Of a stretch of DNA of 64,000 nt, positions 1-26,562 are shown piece after piece. Location of the stretch: contig NIVC01001014.1 in the NCBI GenBank assembly GCA_002269645.1, positions 1 through 64,000 on the forward strand, in the 5' to 3' direction. Both the position numbers and the translations under genes were made by a program. Within the stretch, counting starts at the first letter, position 1. Each line of letters opens with the position of its first letter. The DNA is from Macrostomum lignano (lineage: Eukaryota). The notes under the pieces were generated by a model, which made no database searches, was not told where the DNA came from, and worked only from the letters and a program-made list of their open reading frames with translations.

Positions 1-91
1 TGCAGTGTCTAACATGTTTAAGCCATGGAAGCCTCTATGGTCTAAGCATATTAAGCTTCTCAGCAGGTGCCTCTTATCTCTTGTCTGTCTA

Positions 92-508
92 ATAGGTGAC
101 TCTCATCTCTCCAACAGGTGACACTCATCTGTCTAACAGGTGACTCTCATCTGTCTAACAGGTGACTGCCATCTGTCTAACAGGTGACTCTCATGTGTCT
201 AACAGGTGACTTTCATGTGTCTAACAGGTGACTGCCATCTGTCTAACAGGTGACTCTCATCTGTCTAACAGGTGACTCTCATCTGTCTAACAGGTGACTG
301 CCATCTGTCTAACAGGTGACTCTCATCTGTCTAACAGGTGACTCTCATGTGTCTAACAGGTGACTCTCATGTGTCTAACAGGTGACACTCATCTGTCTAA
401 CAGGTGACTCTCATGTGTCCAACAGGTGACTCTCATCTGTCTAACAGGTGACTCTCATCTGTCTAACAGGTGACTGCCGTCTGTCTAACAGGTGACTGCC
501 ATCTGTCT
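92..508. repeat. 22-bp minisatellite
   Basis: Unit aacaggtgactctcatctgtct. Confidence 0.95.
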
Positions 509-940
509 GTAGCTTACAGAAGACTATTTCCATATTGCAAACATGACACCCCCTACTGAATATTTTGCTCCATCCTAACAACAATCCCTTATTTAGCATT
601 TTGAACCTATTTTTTAGTTTTAATTCTCGGCAAAAGAACCCTAAAGATTAAATATAGAACATCGAGAGTATTCATGTCCAACAGTTTAAAATTTTCACAC
701 GTACCTGTCTTCCAGGTGCTAATATTTTACCTCGTCAGTTAAAAATAGAAAATCAATATCTTAGGAAGGCTCATTTCCACCAGCTAAAAATGGAGTCGAT
801 ATTTTCTCACTCTGCAAACTTCAATATTGCGCATTATTTGAGTCTGAATCGCTGCCTCAGATTTCATTCTTAATCTGCTTGACTGCATGCCTACATATAC
901 TCGTATATGACTGCCAAATCGAAATGCCACTGTCTCGCAG

Positions 941-15023
<14,083 letters not shown>

Positions 15024-15318
15024 ATTGACAGTGGATACGGTCAATGAACGACTGAAGTAGAAAAATGACATTTAGAAGGAGCAATACGTAACATCTAGCG
15101 ACTTAGAACGACATGGGTAAGGAAGGAAACTTAGTTTCTGAGAAGATCGTTGAGGGCTCTCTTTTGCGCGAAAAAGTGGGATACTATATTGGAAGTACTA
15201 TTAAATTTTGTAAAAACCTCCTTTAAATGAATTTCTGACTTAGAAAGGATCGACATAAAAGATGAAAATGCGTCACAAGTTTTGATAACGCATTTTTAAG
15301 ACTAATCTTTATATAATA

Positions 15319-15888
15319 CAAGCTGTTGAAACCCGCGGAATTTGAACCCGGGGAATTCCAATCCCCGGAACTATTTTTGCATGTATTCTAAAATCAGCCC
15401 ATACTGAAACAAAAACTTGTTAATAGTTAGTAGGATTAAGGTAAACAAAATGGAGTACATTCGCGTAAAATTAGGATTCGAGGCAAACATTGATATTGTT
15501 GGCTGGGGGGGGGTGCTTTTTACTTTAAATAGGCAATTAGTGTCTGTCTGACTCTAAAACATGTATTGGCAAACTCTGGCCTCTGCCTCTGACTCTCCCT
15601 CCCTTGGATCCTTTGAAACTTCTATCTTCTCTTCTGTTTCCTCTCTTCTTTCTCGTCCCTCGTCTCTTTTTCCTCTCTCCTCTCTCCCCTCTTCTCTCGT
15701 ATCTTCCCTCATTTCTCTTCTTTTTCATCTCTCTTATCTCATTTCTTTTCTCTTCTTTTCTCTTTCCTCTCCTCCCACTCTTCTCTCGTCTTTTCCTTCA
15801 CCTCTCTTCTCTCTCGTCTGCTCTTTCATCTCTCCTTTTTCTTCTTTTATCTTTTCTCTCTTATCTCTTCTCGTTTCTATCTGCTCTG

Positions 15889-15943
<55 letters not shown>

Positions 15944-16150
15944 CCAATCTCTTCTCCAAGTTTTTTGCACTTTTAGGTGGGAAGACTCAAATTTAGGAAA
16001 TTTTAAAGGTAGCCTATGACACTTTCCGTAGTGAATTTAGGGTGGGTGCAAAATTTGGTGTAATTTGGTTGAGCGGTTTGGGAGTCTATAGCGAAGTAAT
16101 TTGTCCACAGACAGACACACACACAGAGTTTTGACTTTTATAGGTAGAGA
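15319..16150 (-). mobile_element. Non-autonomous Helitron-like element with internal CT-rich and (CT)n tract
   Basis: On (-) it starts A|TCTCTACCTATAAAAG followed by a (TG)/(CTGT) microsatellite and ends CAGCTTG|T near a short GC hairpin (ccgggga..tccccgg). The 5' ~190 bp recur inverted at 48440. Confidence 0.5.
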
Positions 16151-16878
16151 TGGCATATTGCCTTAATTTTACGCATTTTTCGCGTGAAGTCGGCTTTTAA
16201 AGATTTTTTTAGGAAATAGAGTTTCGATCCTAATTAAGTTGTCCTTGTTTCTGGTTCCTGTGAGGTTACTTGAGTTCATTGGAGTGAGTACAGCTTTGTA
16301 TATGCTTGCCGGATCAGGCGGCGATATTCTAGGCTATTTAGCTACCTATAGCTAGACCAGACTATATAATCCTGGGTAGCTTTGGACGATTCTTCCACAG
16401 AAATCAGTTTAACAATACGGGGTTTAAAATTACCATTTCGCAGATTTTCTTTGCCGTTTTTGAATTAAACATTTTGTGTAATTCTCTGTGTTCAGTCACC
16501 GTGTCCTGCTTTTTTATTTGTAAATCAGAAATCATATCTCCTTATTGTAGAATTTTATCGCTAAAAATCGAGCTTTTGAGACTTATTTTACAGTTTACTA
16601 GAAAAATGACCTCATCTATGCGTCATTCAAGCTGCTACTAGTTAGTAACTCAGCTAGGTACTTCAGGTTCTGCACCTGTGCGAAGCGTTTTTGAAACACA
16701 CAGTAATAACGAGCATATTTAACCTTAGTTAGTTCAATTTCGGTAATGAGCTAATCTCTCGACTACTTCTGAACTTAAGCAAAGTATTATACAGCCTACT
16801 GAGCATCTATTTATAATAAGATTAAATACTATAATGTTTTCGCGTTTTATGCACTGTAATTACTTACTTTCTTGAGTT

Positions 16879-17202
16879 TCATGTGTCGCTGTCAGACTAG
16901 CTACCAATGAGAGTCGGAGGTTTCATGAGTCGCTGTCAGACTAGCTACCAATGAGAGTCAGAGGTTTCATGAGTCGCTGTCAGACTAGCTACCAACGAGA
17001 GTCAGAGGTTTCATGAGTCGCTGTCAGACTAGCTACCAATGAGAGTCAGAGGTTTCATGTGTCGCTGTCAGACTAGCTACCAACGAGAGTCAGAGGTTTC
17101 ATGAGTCGCTGTCAGACTAGCTACAAATGAGAGTCAGAGGTTTCATGAGTCGCTGTCAGACCTGCTACCAATGAGTGTCAGAGGTTTCATGAGTCGCTGT
17201 CA
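16879..17202. repeat. 44-bp minisatellite
   Basis: Unit tttcatgagtcgctgtcagactagctaccaatgagagtcagagg. Confidence 0.95.
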
Positions 17203-17492
17203 AGTCTGATGTCAAAGTGTAATTTTATTTGATGAAGTTACAGAAGCAGTTCACACTAAGCAAGCGTCACTAGAGCACAGACGTGGTATACTCTATGGGA
17301 TATAATTTCTAAGAAAAACAGCAACCTGGGAACACCAAGAAGTTCACATTTACGTTTATAACGTCTGGGAACAAAATTGTATTTGCAGTACTTGCTGTGC
17401 AGCAACATACGCTCGTAGTAAAATAACGAGCCAGCAACTCTTAAATTGTTTTAAAGAAATAATTAATTTAGCAAAAAGCAACAGTTTGCTTG

Positions 17493-17803
17493 TCAGACTA
17501 AAACCAGCTCGAATACTTCCATTCCCACGAAGCCTTGGCATCTGTTGCCGAATCCACCGTCCACGCAGGGAAAGACGTTGCAGAGATCCGCAGACTGATA
17601 GGGCAGACCATAGACTATGCGATCGCCGCAGTAGCACCACCTGCGATCGGCGATGCCAAAGTAATTGAACGGCTTGGGTTTCCTCGCCGTTAAGCATTCT
17701 GTCATGCAGGTTGTCTGGCTCATTTCATCCAGGGGTCCCGCCACCTCCAGTTCTAGTACGGGAGGCAATTCGTCCGACAACAAATAGCAGCCTTTTGGAA
17801 CGG
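17493..17803 (-). CDS. WSC-domain protein, terminal exon (upstream exon not located)
   Basis: Acceptor ttttttgcactccag|CC, then VPKGCYLLSD..EMSQTTCMTEC..FNYFGIADRRWCYCGD..LCNVFPC..RCQG: WSC-type cysteine spacing (GCY..M...C...C..YFG....CYCG..C...C..CG). Confidence 0.7.
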
Positions 17804-18247
17804 CTGGAGTGCAAAAAAATGGTGAAAGGAATAAATTTAGAGCACCCAGACCTCCTAAGCTTGTCTGTATCTGTTGTTATAGCCAGTATAATAGCATGGG
17901 CGGGGGGAGCTTGCGGCACCGGGGACACGTGCCCCCCCCCAAAAAAAATGAGTCCACGCGGCACAAATCTATTGTGCCCCCCTGAATTTTTGAAATTTTG
18001 ATATTTTAGTGCATAGTATTAGCAGTTGGACAATACTAAACTTACTGTACTATCAATTAAATATAAGCTAACCTTAGTTTTTTTTTAAAGTAGCCATTAC
18101 AATTTTTACTAAACACGCTATCACATGTACTCGTAGCTAGATGCAACTACCTTTCAAAGTGGGCACCAGTATCTTAAAAGATGACGCGATTTAGCAGTAT
18201 CTATAAAACATGATCATGAGTCATGTTTCATGACTCAAAACATGAGT

Positions 18248-18672
18248 CAAGGCTCATAGAGTGTGGGGGTGAATCGTCAAGTTGTCAAGGCTCATAGAGT
18301 GTGGGGGTGAATCGTCAAGTTGTCAAGGCTCATAGAGTGTTGGGGTGAATCGTCAAGTTGTCAAGGCTCATAGAGTGTTGGGGTGAATCGTCAAGTTGTC
18401 AAGGCTCATAGAGTGTTGGGGTGAATCGTCAAGTTGTCAAGGCTCATAGAGTGTTGGGGTGAATCGTCAAGTTGTCAAGGCTCATAGAGTGTGGGGGGTG
18501 AATCGTCAAGTTGTCAAGGCTCATAGAGTGTGGGGGGTGAATCGTCAAGTTGTCAAGGCTCATAGAGTGGGAGTGAATCGTCAAGTTGTCAAGGCTCATA
18601 AAGTGGGGGGGGGGCTGAATCGTCAAGTTTTCAAGGCTCATGGAGTGGGGGTGAATCGTCAAGTTGTCAAGC
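18248..18672. repeat. ~39-bp minisatellite
   Basis: Unit gtgaatcgtcaagttgtcaaggctcatagagtgtgggg. Confidence 0.95.
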
Positions 18673-19296
18673 TCATGGAATAACTGAATTGCTGTGGCTC
18701 ATAATAGACAGATCATTTCTGACAGGTCAAGGATTACCGGGGAAAATTGCTTGTGATTTTAAGGCTATGAGGGAGTCGTTTAATAGCTGAAGCTCAAGGG
18801 CAATGAGGGAATTGCTAAGATGTCATTTCTCATGGGGGCCGGATTTCTGAGATGTCAAGGCTTCAAAGAAGAACTGCTGAGGTGACAAAAGATTTGCTCA
18901 GATGTTGACTGGAATAGATTTTGGCTAATAGGGATTCGTGCTGGACTGTTTGGGCGAGGATTAGGCTAAATGATACTGATATCTGCTAAATGGAAAATAT
19001 TGATTAGACAGAATTGATTCCTTGACTTGAGCGAATAAAAATGGGCATATAGCAATTTAGCAATAGCAATGTCATCAAGTGTTGAGTACTCTAGTGAGCT
19101 CAGTTGCGAACCCAGTCCATTGATGCCAAATTCTGATAAAGCTATTTTTATTTTCATTTTTAACACGAGTAAATTTCTGTCTCTTGTTGCAGAGCACCCG
19201 AAATGTAAGTTCATCATTGATGCACCCTTATTGAACTTTTATTTTCTTCCTATGTGTTTAAATTGCGACACTTACATAAACCTTTGCACTGACTGG

Positions 19297-19740
19297 TGTG
19301 GGACAATGGCAGAAACGGATCTCGCTCTCACTCATAAATTTACCCAATTAGCGTCTGAGCACGAGCTCAAGGTGCCTTCGGTCCTCTGGCCGGACCCACT
19401 TCGAACTCTGAGCTGAAGATCGCGTCTTCGTTGGGATCGACCCGTCCCCAGGCAGACACAATACAGTACGAATCTCCAGCCCTCTAAGAAATAACGCAGC
19501 TCACTCAAAATGCTCTTGGATTCAACGAGTCCGACAGGCAAGTGACAGGGCTTGGTTGCACGGAGCGCTGAGTAGTATCGTAGTTGACTGACTCAGCTGA
19601 GTGAGCTCTCGATCGTCTGAGTTTATCTGAGTATCTGAGTCTGAGTAGACTCTGCGCACCACCCATGCTGTCAACCTCAGCACACAAATTATATAAATAT
19701 TGTGCACTGTTTCATCATTGGTGCACCGACCCCGGCTACA
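19297..19740. mobile_element. Solo-LTR-like element, copy A
   Basis: 444 bp, TG...CA ends, flanked by actgg/actga (near 5-bp TSD), AT-rich tatataaa near the right end. Highly similar to 24851-25292. Confidence 0.45.
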
Positions 19741-19747
19741 ACTGAAA

Positions 19748-21623
19748 ATGCGATTAGCGACTGTAGCGCCATTCTATTTTACTTGTCCATGAGTTTGAGC
19801 ATGAGCAGTGCACTCTCTTATTAGTTTTTGCGTAACTCGATCTTTGCATTTAAATTTCAGTTAAACTGCATGGCTGCTTCGATTACTTGTGGGATCTAAA
19901 TGTTGTTATTTTGGAGTCGATTTGTTTAACTTTAGGATGAGCAACGGAAAAACGAACGATAGGCACGAAAGGCCTTGCACGGTCAATATATTTTGTATTA
20001 AAAAATGGTGAGTGAAAATTTGGGGGGTTTGAATTGCAGATAATAAAGAGAGGGGGTGGAGTGCGCGACTGAGGAAAGAGGCGAGAACGGAGAGCCAATC
20101 AGAACGCAGCAAGGGAGAGAGAGATAAGAATAACAAGATTGAGCTAGACAGAGAGAGAGAAAACGGAGTAAACAGAGACAATTGAAGGTGAACTAAGAAA
20201 TGACTAGGAAAGTCGCGACACTCCCCCCAAAAAATGGAACATTTTTTGAATTTTCGAGTACCAATAGAATTATGAATTAGGGTTCAAGAAACAACTTTAA
20301 AGCAAATTTAACAATGGTGTACAAATACGACTAAGAATTTCAATACAAAACCTGTGGAGACTAGAGTGAATGCAAATTTGACCAAGAAATTTCACGTGTG
20401 CGATTTTAATGAATAAATTGTTACGAGTATAACCAATGAAAAACTGAAATAAGGCGCTTTTACCCTCCCCCTAAAAAATTAATTTAATTTTTTACATTGT
20501 GAAAGAAAAAATTGAATGACGAATTAACGAGGCGATCCGGCAGGCGATGAGCGAAGAGACGATCCGGCAGGCGAGCCCTGAGGCGCCCCGGCCGAGAATT
20601 TGAACCGAGAGAGACCGAGGACACCGCAGGTCGCAGGACGCACCTCCGGCAGACGATGAGTGAAGAGAGTCGAGACGATCCGGCAGGCGAGCGAAGAGAC
20701 GATCCGGCAGGCGAGCCCCGCGGCGCCCCGGCAGAGAATCTGAACCGAGAGAGACCGAGGACACCGCAGGACGCACCCCCGGCAGACGATGAGCGAAGAG
20801 ACGATCCGGCAGGCGAGCCCTGAGGTGCCCCGGCCGAGAATTTGAGACCGAGAGAGACCGAGGACACCGCAGGACGCACCCCCGGCAGACGAAGCGATGA
20901 GGCCGACAGACGAAGCGATGAGGCCGACAGACGAAGCGATGAGGCCGACAAACGAAGCGATGAGGCCGACAGACGGGATGACGAGATGACTGGTGGAGGG
21001 CTACGACTATGACGATGGCATGGCCTTTGCCAGCCTTACTGAATTGACTTAATTATTTTACATTGGGCGCCATGTTGTTATTTTGGAGTCGATTTGTTTA
21101 ACTTTAGGATGAGCAACGGAAAAACGAACGTTAGGCACGAAAGGCCTTGCACGGTCAATATATTTTGTATTAAAAAATGGTGAGTGAAAATTTGGGGGGT
21201 TTGAATTGCAGATAATAAAGAGAGGGGGTGGAGTGCGCGACTGAGGAAAGAGGCGAGAACGGAGAGCCAATCAGAACGCAGCAAGGGAGAGAGAGATAAG
21301 AATAACAAGATTGAGCTAGACAGAGAGAGAGAAAACGGAGTAAACAGAGACAATTGAAGGTGAACTAAGAAATGACTAGGAAAGTCGCGACACTACAAGA
21401 CCAAAAATCATCCGAGTCCATGACAATCGAGAGCTGCCAAAAGGACTGCAGTGTCACTACTTATCGCTACTTTGGAGTCGCAAACGGATTAAAATGCTTC
21501 TGTGGTGATTCAGTGAGGGGAGTAAAAGTTCCTTCCAAATATTGTGATTCCAAGTGTTCGGGAAACCCAAAGCAGCTATGCGGTGGTCCTAAAACAGCTG
21601 TTGTGTACGAGCAGCCCGTCTGA
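19748..21623 (+). pseudogene. WSC-domain gene copy A, 5' part disrupted or rearranged
   Basis: ATG at 19748 gives MRLATVAPFYFTCP* (frameshifted relative to copy B). GCFDYLWDL motif near 19871-19897. Intact WSC core SESMTIESCQKDC..YFGVANGLKCFCGD..CDSKCSGNPKQLCGG..VYE in ORF 21372-21623. The two parts are separated by a duplicated 320 bp segment and an insertion. Confidence 0.55.
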
Positions 21624-21967
21624 TTGAGGCCAAGTTCATTTACTAGCGAAGGAACTGACTTTGAATGAAAAAATAATAGCTGCCTCACTGACAATGAGAG
21701 ATGATTAAAATCCTGATTAAAAAACAAAATCTTTCAGCGTTGTACTTTAGTGTCCGTGATTTCTCAAACAATACTTCTCAAGGACAGCAGTCGCACAAAA
21801 AGTTTTGCGCTGTAAAAAGTGCTGTAGCAGAGCTGTACTGTGAAAATGTAGCCAGAGCCTCCTAATCCAGTGTAGTGCACAGGCTGCAGCAGCTGTTAGT
21901 TTAGCAAACACCAAATGGTCTGCGAGTTTAAAAAGCAGGTCGAAGGATCCTTTAGTGCCGCTGCCAA

Positions 21968-24282
21968 CCTTCAGCCAATCAAGCTGATAAAAAGCCAATC
22001 CAGCTGATAAAAAGCCAATCAAGCTGATAAAGAGCCAATCAAGCTGATAAAAAACCAATCAAGCTGATAAAAAGCCAATCAAGCTGATAAAAGCCAGTCA
22101 AGCTGATAAAAAGCCAATCAAGCTGATACAAAAGCCAATCAAGCTGACAAAAAGCCAATTAAGCTGATAAAAAGCCAATTAAGCTGACAAAAAGCCAATC
22201 AAGCTGATAAAAAGCCAGTCAAGCTGACAAAAAGCCAATCAAGCTGATAAAAAGCCAGTCAAGCTGATAAAAAGTCAAGCTGATAAAAAGCCAATCAAGC
22301 TGACAAAAAGCCAGTCAAGCTGATAAAAAGCCAATCAAGCTGATAAAAAGCCAGTCAAGCTGACAAAAAGCCAATCAAGCTGATAAAAAGCCAATCAAGC
22401 TGATAAAAAGCCAATCAAGCTGATAAAAAGCCAATCAAGCTGATAAAAAGCCAGTCAAGCTGATAAAAAGCCAGTCAAGCTGACAAAAAGCCAATCAAGC
22501 TGATAAAAAGCCAATCAAGCTGACAAAAAGCCAATCAAGCTTACAAAAAGCCAGTCAAGCTGACAAAAAGCCAATCAAGCTGACAAAAAGCCAATCAAGC
22601 TGACAAAAAGCCAATCAAGCTGAAAAAAGCCAGTCAAGCTGACAAAAAGCCAGTCAAGCTGATAAAAAGCCAATCAAGCTGATAAAAAGCCAATCAAGCT
22701 GATACAAAAGCCAATCAAGCTGACAAAAAGCCAATCAAGCTGACAAAAAGCCAGTCAAGCTGACAAAAAGCCAATCAAGCTTACAAAAAGCCAGTCAAGC
22801 TGACAAAAAGCCAATCAAGCTGACAAAAAGCCAATCAAGCTGACAAAAAGCCAATCAAGCTGAAAAAAGCCAGTCAAGCTGATAAAAAGCCAGTCAAGCT
22901 GATAAAAAGCCAATCAAGCTGATAAAAAGCCAATCAAGCTGATACAAAAGCCAATCAAGCTGACAAAAAGCCAATCAAGCTGACAAAAAGCCAATCAAGC
23001 TGACAAAAAGCCAATCAAGCTGACAAAAAGCCAGTCAAGCTGACAAAAAGCTAATCAAGCTGACAAAAAGCCAATCAAGCTGACAAAAAGCCAATCAAGC
23101 TGAAAAAAGCCAGTCAAGCTGACAAAAAGCCAGTCAAGCTGATAAAAAGCCAATCAAGCTGATAAAAAGCCAGTCAAGCTGACAAAAAGCCAATCAAGCT
23201 TACAAAAAGCCAATCAAGCTGATAAAAAGCCAATCAAGCTGATAAAAAGTCAAGCTGATAAAAAGCCAATCAAGCTGACAAAAAGCCAGTCAAGCTGACA
23301 AAAAGCCAGTCAAGCTGACAAAAAGCCAATCAAGCTGATAAAAAGCCAATCAAGCTGATAAAAAGTCAAGCTGATAAAAAGCCAATCAAGCTGACAAAAA
23401 GCCAGTCAAGCTGATAAAAAGCCAATCAAGCTGATAAAAAGCCAGTCAAGCTGACAAAAAGCCAGTCAAGCTGACAAAAAGCCAATCAAGCTGATAAAAA
23501 GGCAATCAAGCTGACAAAAAGCCAATCAAGCTGATAAAAGCCAATCAAGCTGACAAAAAGCCAATCAAGCTGACAAAAAGCCAATCAAGCTGACAAAAAG
23601 CCAATCAAGCTGAAAAAAGCCAGTCAAGCTGACAAAAAGCCAGTCAAGCTGATAAAAAGCCAGTCAAGCTGATAAAAAGCCAATCAAGCTGATAAAAAGC
23701 CAGTCAAGCTGACAAAAAGCCAATCAAGCTGATAAAAAGCCAATCAAGCTGATAAAAAGCCAGTCAAGCTGATAAAAAGCCAGTCAAGCTGACAAAAAGC
23801 CAATCAAGCTGATAAAAAGCCAATCAAGCTGATAAAAAGCCAGTCAAGCTGACAAAAAGCCAATCAAGCTGATAAAAAGCCAGTCAAGCTGATAAAAAGC
23901 CAATCAAGCTGACAAAAAGCCAGTCAAGCTGATAAAAAGCCAATCAAGCTGACAAAAAGCCAGTCAAGCTGATAAGAAGCCAATCAAGCTGATAAAAAGC
24001 CAGTCAAGCTGACAAAAAGCCAATCAAGCTGACAAAAAGCCAATCAAGCTGATAAAAAGCCAGTCAAGCTGACAAAAAGCCAATCAAGCTGATAAAAAGC
24101 CAGTCAAGCTGATAAAAAGCCAATCAAGCTGATAAAAAGCCAATCAAGCTGATAAAAAGCCAATGAAGCTGATAAAAAGCCAATGAAGCTGATAAAAAGC
24201 CAACCAAGCTGATAAAAAGCCAATCAAGCTGATAAAAAGCCAATCAAGCTGATAAAAAGCCAATCAAGCTGATAAAAAGCCT
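21968..24282. repeat. 20-bp satellite, ~2.3 kb
   Basis: Unit aagctga(t/c)aaaaagcca(a/g)tc. Confidence 0.98.
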
Positions 24283-24850
24283 TCAATATCCTTTTCAGGA
24301 TATTAGCTCTTCAAGCATGATGTGGGTTAATAAGTCCAAACACGGATATCCACAGTACAGTGATTTTTACTGAGTGATAGCATCTTCCCAATGGTGCTTT
24401 CAGCATAATTTTTATCCTATGTCTTTGAAAAAACATCAACGCCTTTTATCGCAATTTTAAGATTTAGCATCAGGTTTTTGCATACTATGTTTTTCGGTGC
24501 TTACTTTTATCCATAAAATGCAGATGAGGGTGGCGATAAGCAGACGATTGTTAGACAACTGAAAATTCGCTACTGCTAACCGTGGTGTTGCTTTAGAGAG
24601 GCCGCAAGCAGCTTGGGATCAATCAGATAATTCCAAAGAGCAATACAAGCGGGAGTGAGAGGGGAGCGAGAGAGAGAGGAGGCCGATAGGGAAAACAAAA
24701 AAATGCACACAAAAACTAATCAACCTCAGAACACCCAAAGAATTGATGACCCGCACAACTATGCAAAGGCTGAACAGTAGAGCTACGGGTTTTGAACCTT
24801 AATTTGCAACGATTCCGGAATGCTAAGCTTGTACTCGAAATTTACACTGG

Positions 24851-25292
24851 TGTTGGGACAATGGCAGAAACAGATCTCGCTCTCAGATTGATCCAATGAG
24901 CCTCAGAGCACGAGCTCAAGGTACCTTCGATCCTCTGGCCGGACCCGCTTCGAGCTCTGAGCGGAAGATCGCGTCTTCGTTGTGATCGACCCGTCCCCAG
25001 GCAGACACAATACAGTACGAATCTCCAGCCCTCTAAGAAATAACGCAGCTCACTCAACATGCTCTTGGATTCCACGAGTCCGACAGGCAAGCGAGCGACA
25101 GGGCTTGGTTGCACGGAGCGCTGAGTATTATCGTAGTTGACTGACTCAGCTGAGTGAGCTCTCGATCGTCTGAGTTTATCTGAGTATCTGAGTCTGAGTA
25201 GACTCTGCGCACCACCCATGCCATCAACCTCAACACAAATTATATAAATATTGTGCACTGTTTCATCATTGGGTGCACCGACCCCGACTACA
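24851..25292. mobile_element. Solo-LTR-like element, copy B
   Basis: 442 bp, TG...CA ends, flanks actgg/actaa. Paralogous to 19297-19740. Confidence 0.45.
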
Positions 25293-25299
25293 ACTAACA

Positions 25300-25638
25300 A
25301 TGCAACTAGTGACTGTAGCGCCCTTCACTTTGCTTGTCCTTTACTTTGCATTAAAATTTCAGTTAAATTTAAAGAGGCTGCTACGATTATATTTGGGGTC
25401 CATCACTCCATCTCTAATCGGCTACGGATCATCCAGCGAGTCCATGAAAATCGAGAGATGTCAAAAGGACTGCAGTGTCACTACAGCTCGCTACTATGGA
25501 GTAATACGTGGAAAAATTTGCTACTGCGGTGATGAAATAAGGGGTACACGATTGTCTTTAAGAAAATGTGATTACAGGTGTCCGGGAAATCGAAAGCAGA
25601 TCTGCGGTGGTGAATGCATAATGGTTGTGTATGAGTAG
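25300..25638 (+). CDS. WSC-domain gene copy B (small, hydrophobic N-terminus; possibly frameshifted)
   Basis: ATG 25300: MQLVTVAPFTLLVLYFAL..SSESMKIERCQKDCSVTTARYYGVIRGKICYCGDE..CDYRCPGNRKQICGGECIMVVYE*. The expected GCYDY motif lies in a different frame. Confidence 0.65.
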   Translation: MQLVTVAPFTLLVLYFALKFQLNLKRLLRLYLGSITPSLIGYGSSSESMKIERCQKDCSVTTARYYGVIRGKICYCGDEIRGTRLSLRKCDYRCPGNRKQICGGECIMVVYE

Positions 25639-26238
25639 CCCTTCCTAATTGAGGCCTGATTAACTCATTAGACTAACTTTTCAAAAAAACGTCATTTAAA
25701 AATCATGTTGGACTCTGATTATTACGAGTAAATAAACACAATCTTTAAACAGTGTCCGTAGTGTCCGTGTTTTCTGAAACAATATTTCTCAAAAAAGTTT
25801 TGCTCATAAAAGTGCTGGAGCAGAGCTGCACAATGAAAAAGATGGCCACAGCCGCATGTTTTTGTGCAGCGCACAGGCTGCTGCAGCTGTAGAGAGAAAA
25901 GTAAGAGTTTTATCGAGTTCAATTTTAAATTAATAATTTGTTACAAACCAATGATAAACTAGTCGTAGAACTGCCCTCTCGCCCCAAAACTTTCCATTTT
26001 TGTTTGATGACAGCTACTGCAGTACAGAAAAATGTAGAAAAGCACCATCGCCAGTTGACCCGATGAAAACGTTACCGTGACAAGAATCGTATTAGAATCG
26101 TTTTAGTGATTCAAATACGCGTCAAGTGATTCAAATACGCTTCAAGTGATTCAAATGCGCTTCAAGTGATTCAGAAACGATTCTTGTGATCTTAAAACGC
26201 TTCTGGGGTGGGTGAGTGAGTCGCACCAATTTTTCTGA

Positions 26239-26562
26239 TGGCTAGAATCGTTTCTGAATCGTTTTTGAAGCGTATCTGATGCGTTTCAATTCTTTGCAAG
26301 TTTCTGCAGCGTGTTAAAATGAAAGTATATGAGCTGCTGCTGCACAGTATTATAGTGTCTTCAGTAGAACCGCCACCATTTGTATTTTAGAGCAGCATGG
26401 ATAGGCGACAATGTTGCGATGGAGTGTATTGCCGTGTACCGTGACATCTCGTCGGTTTTGAATCACACAGAATTACTTTCCCTCCTATCCCCAGTGCAAC
26501 TCCAAAACGCTTCAAAAGCGATTCAAATACGACGCAAACGCTTCATTTACGATTCTAGGCCA
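26239..26562. mobile_element. Possible MITE with subterminal gattcaaatacg/gaatcg repeats
   Basis: tggctagaatcgt versus acgattctaggcca as inverted ends. Related direct repeats at 26080-26190. Confidence 0.35.

Noticed and set aside
16879-24282. Regularly spaced repeats superficially like CRISPR arrays
   Set aside because: Head-to-tail units without unique spacers, eukaryotic context, no cas genes.
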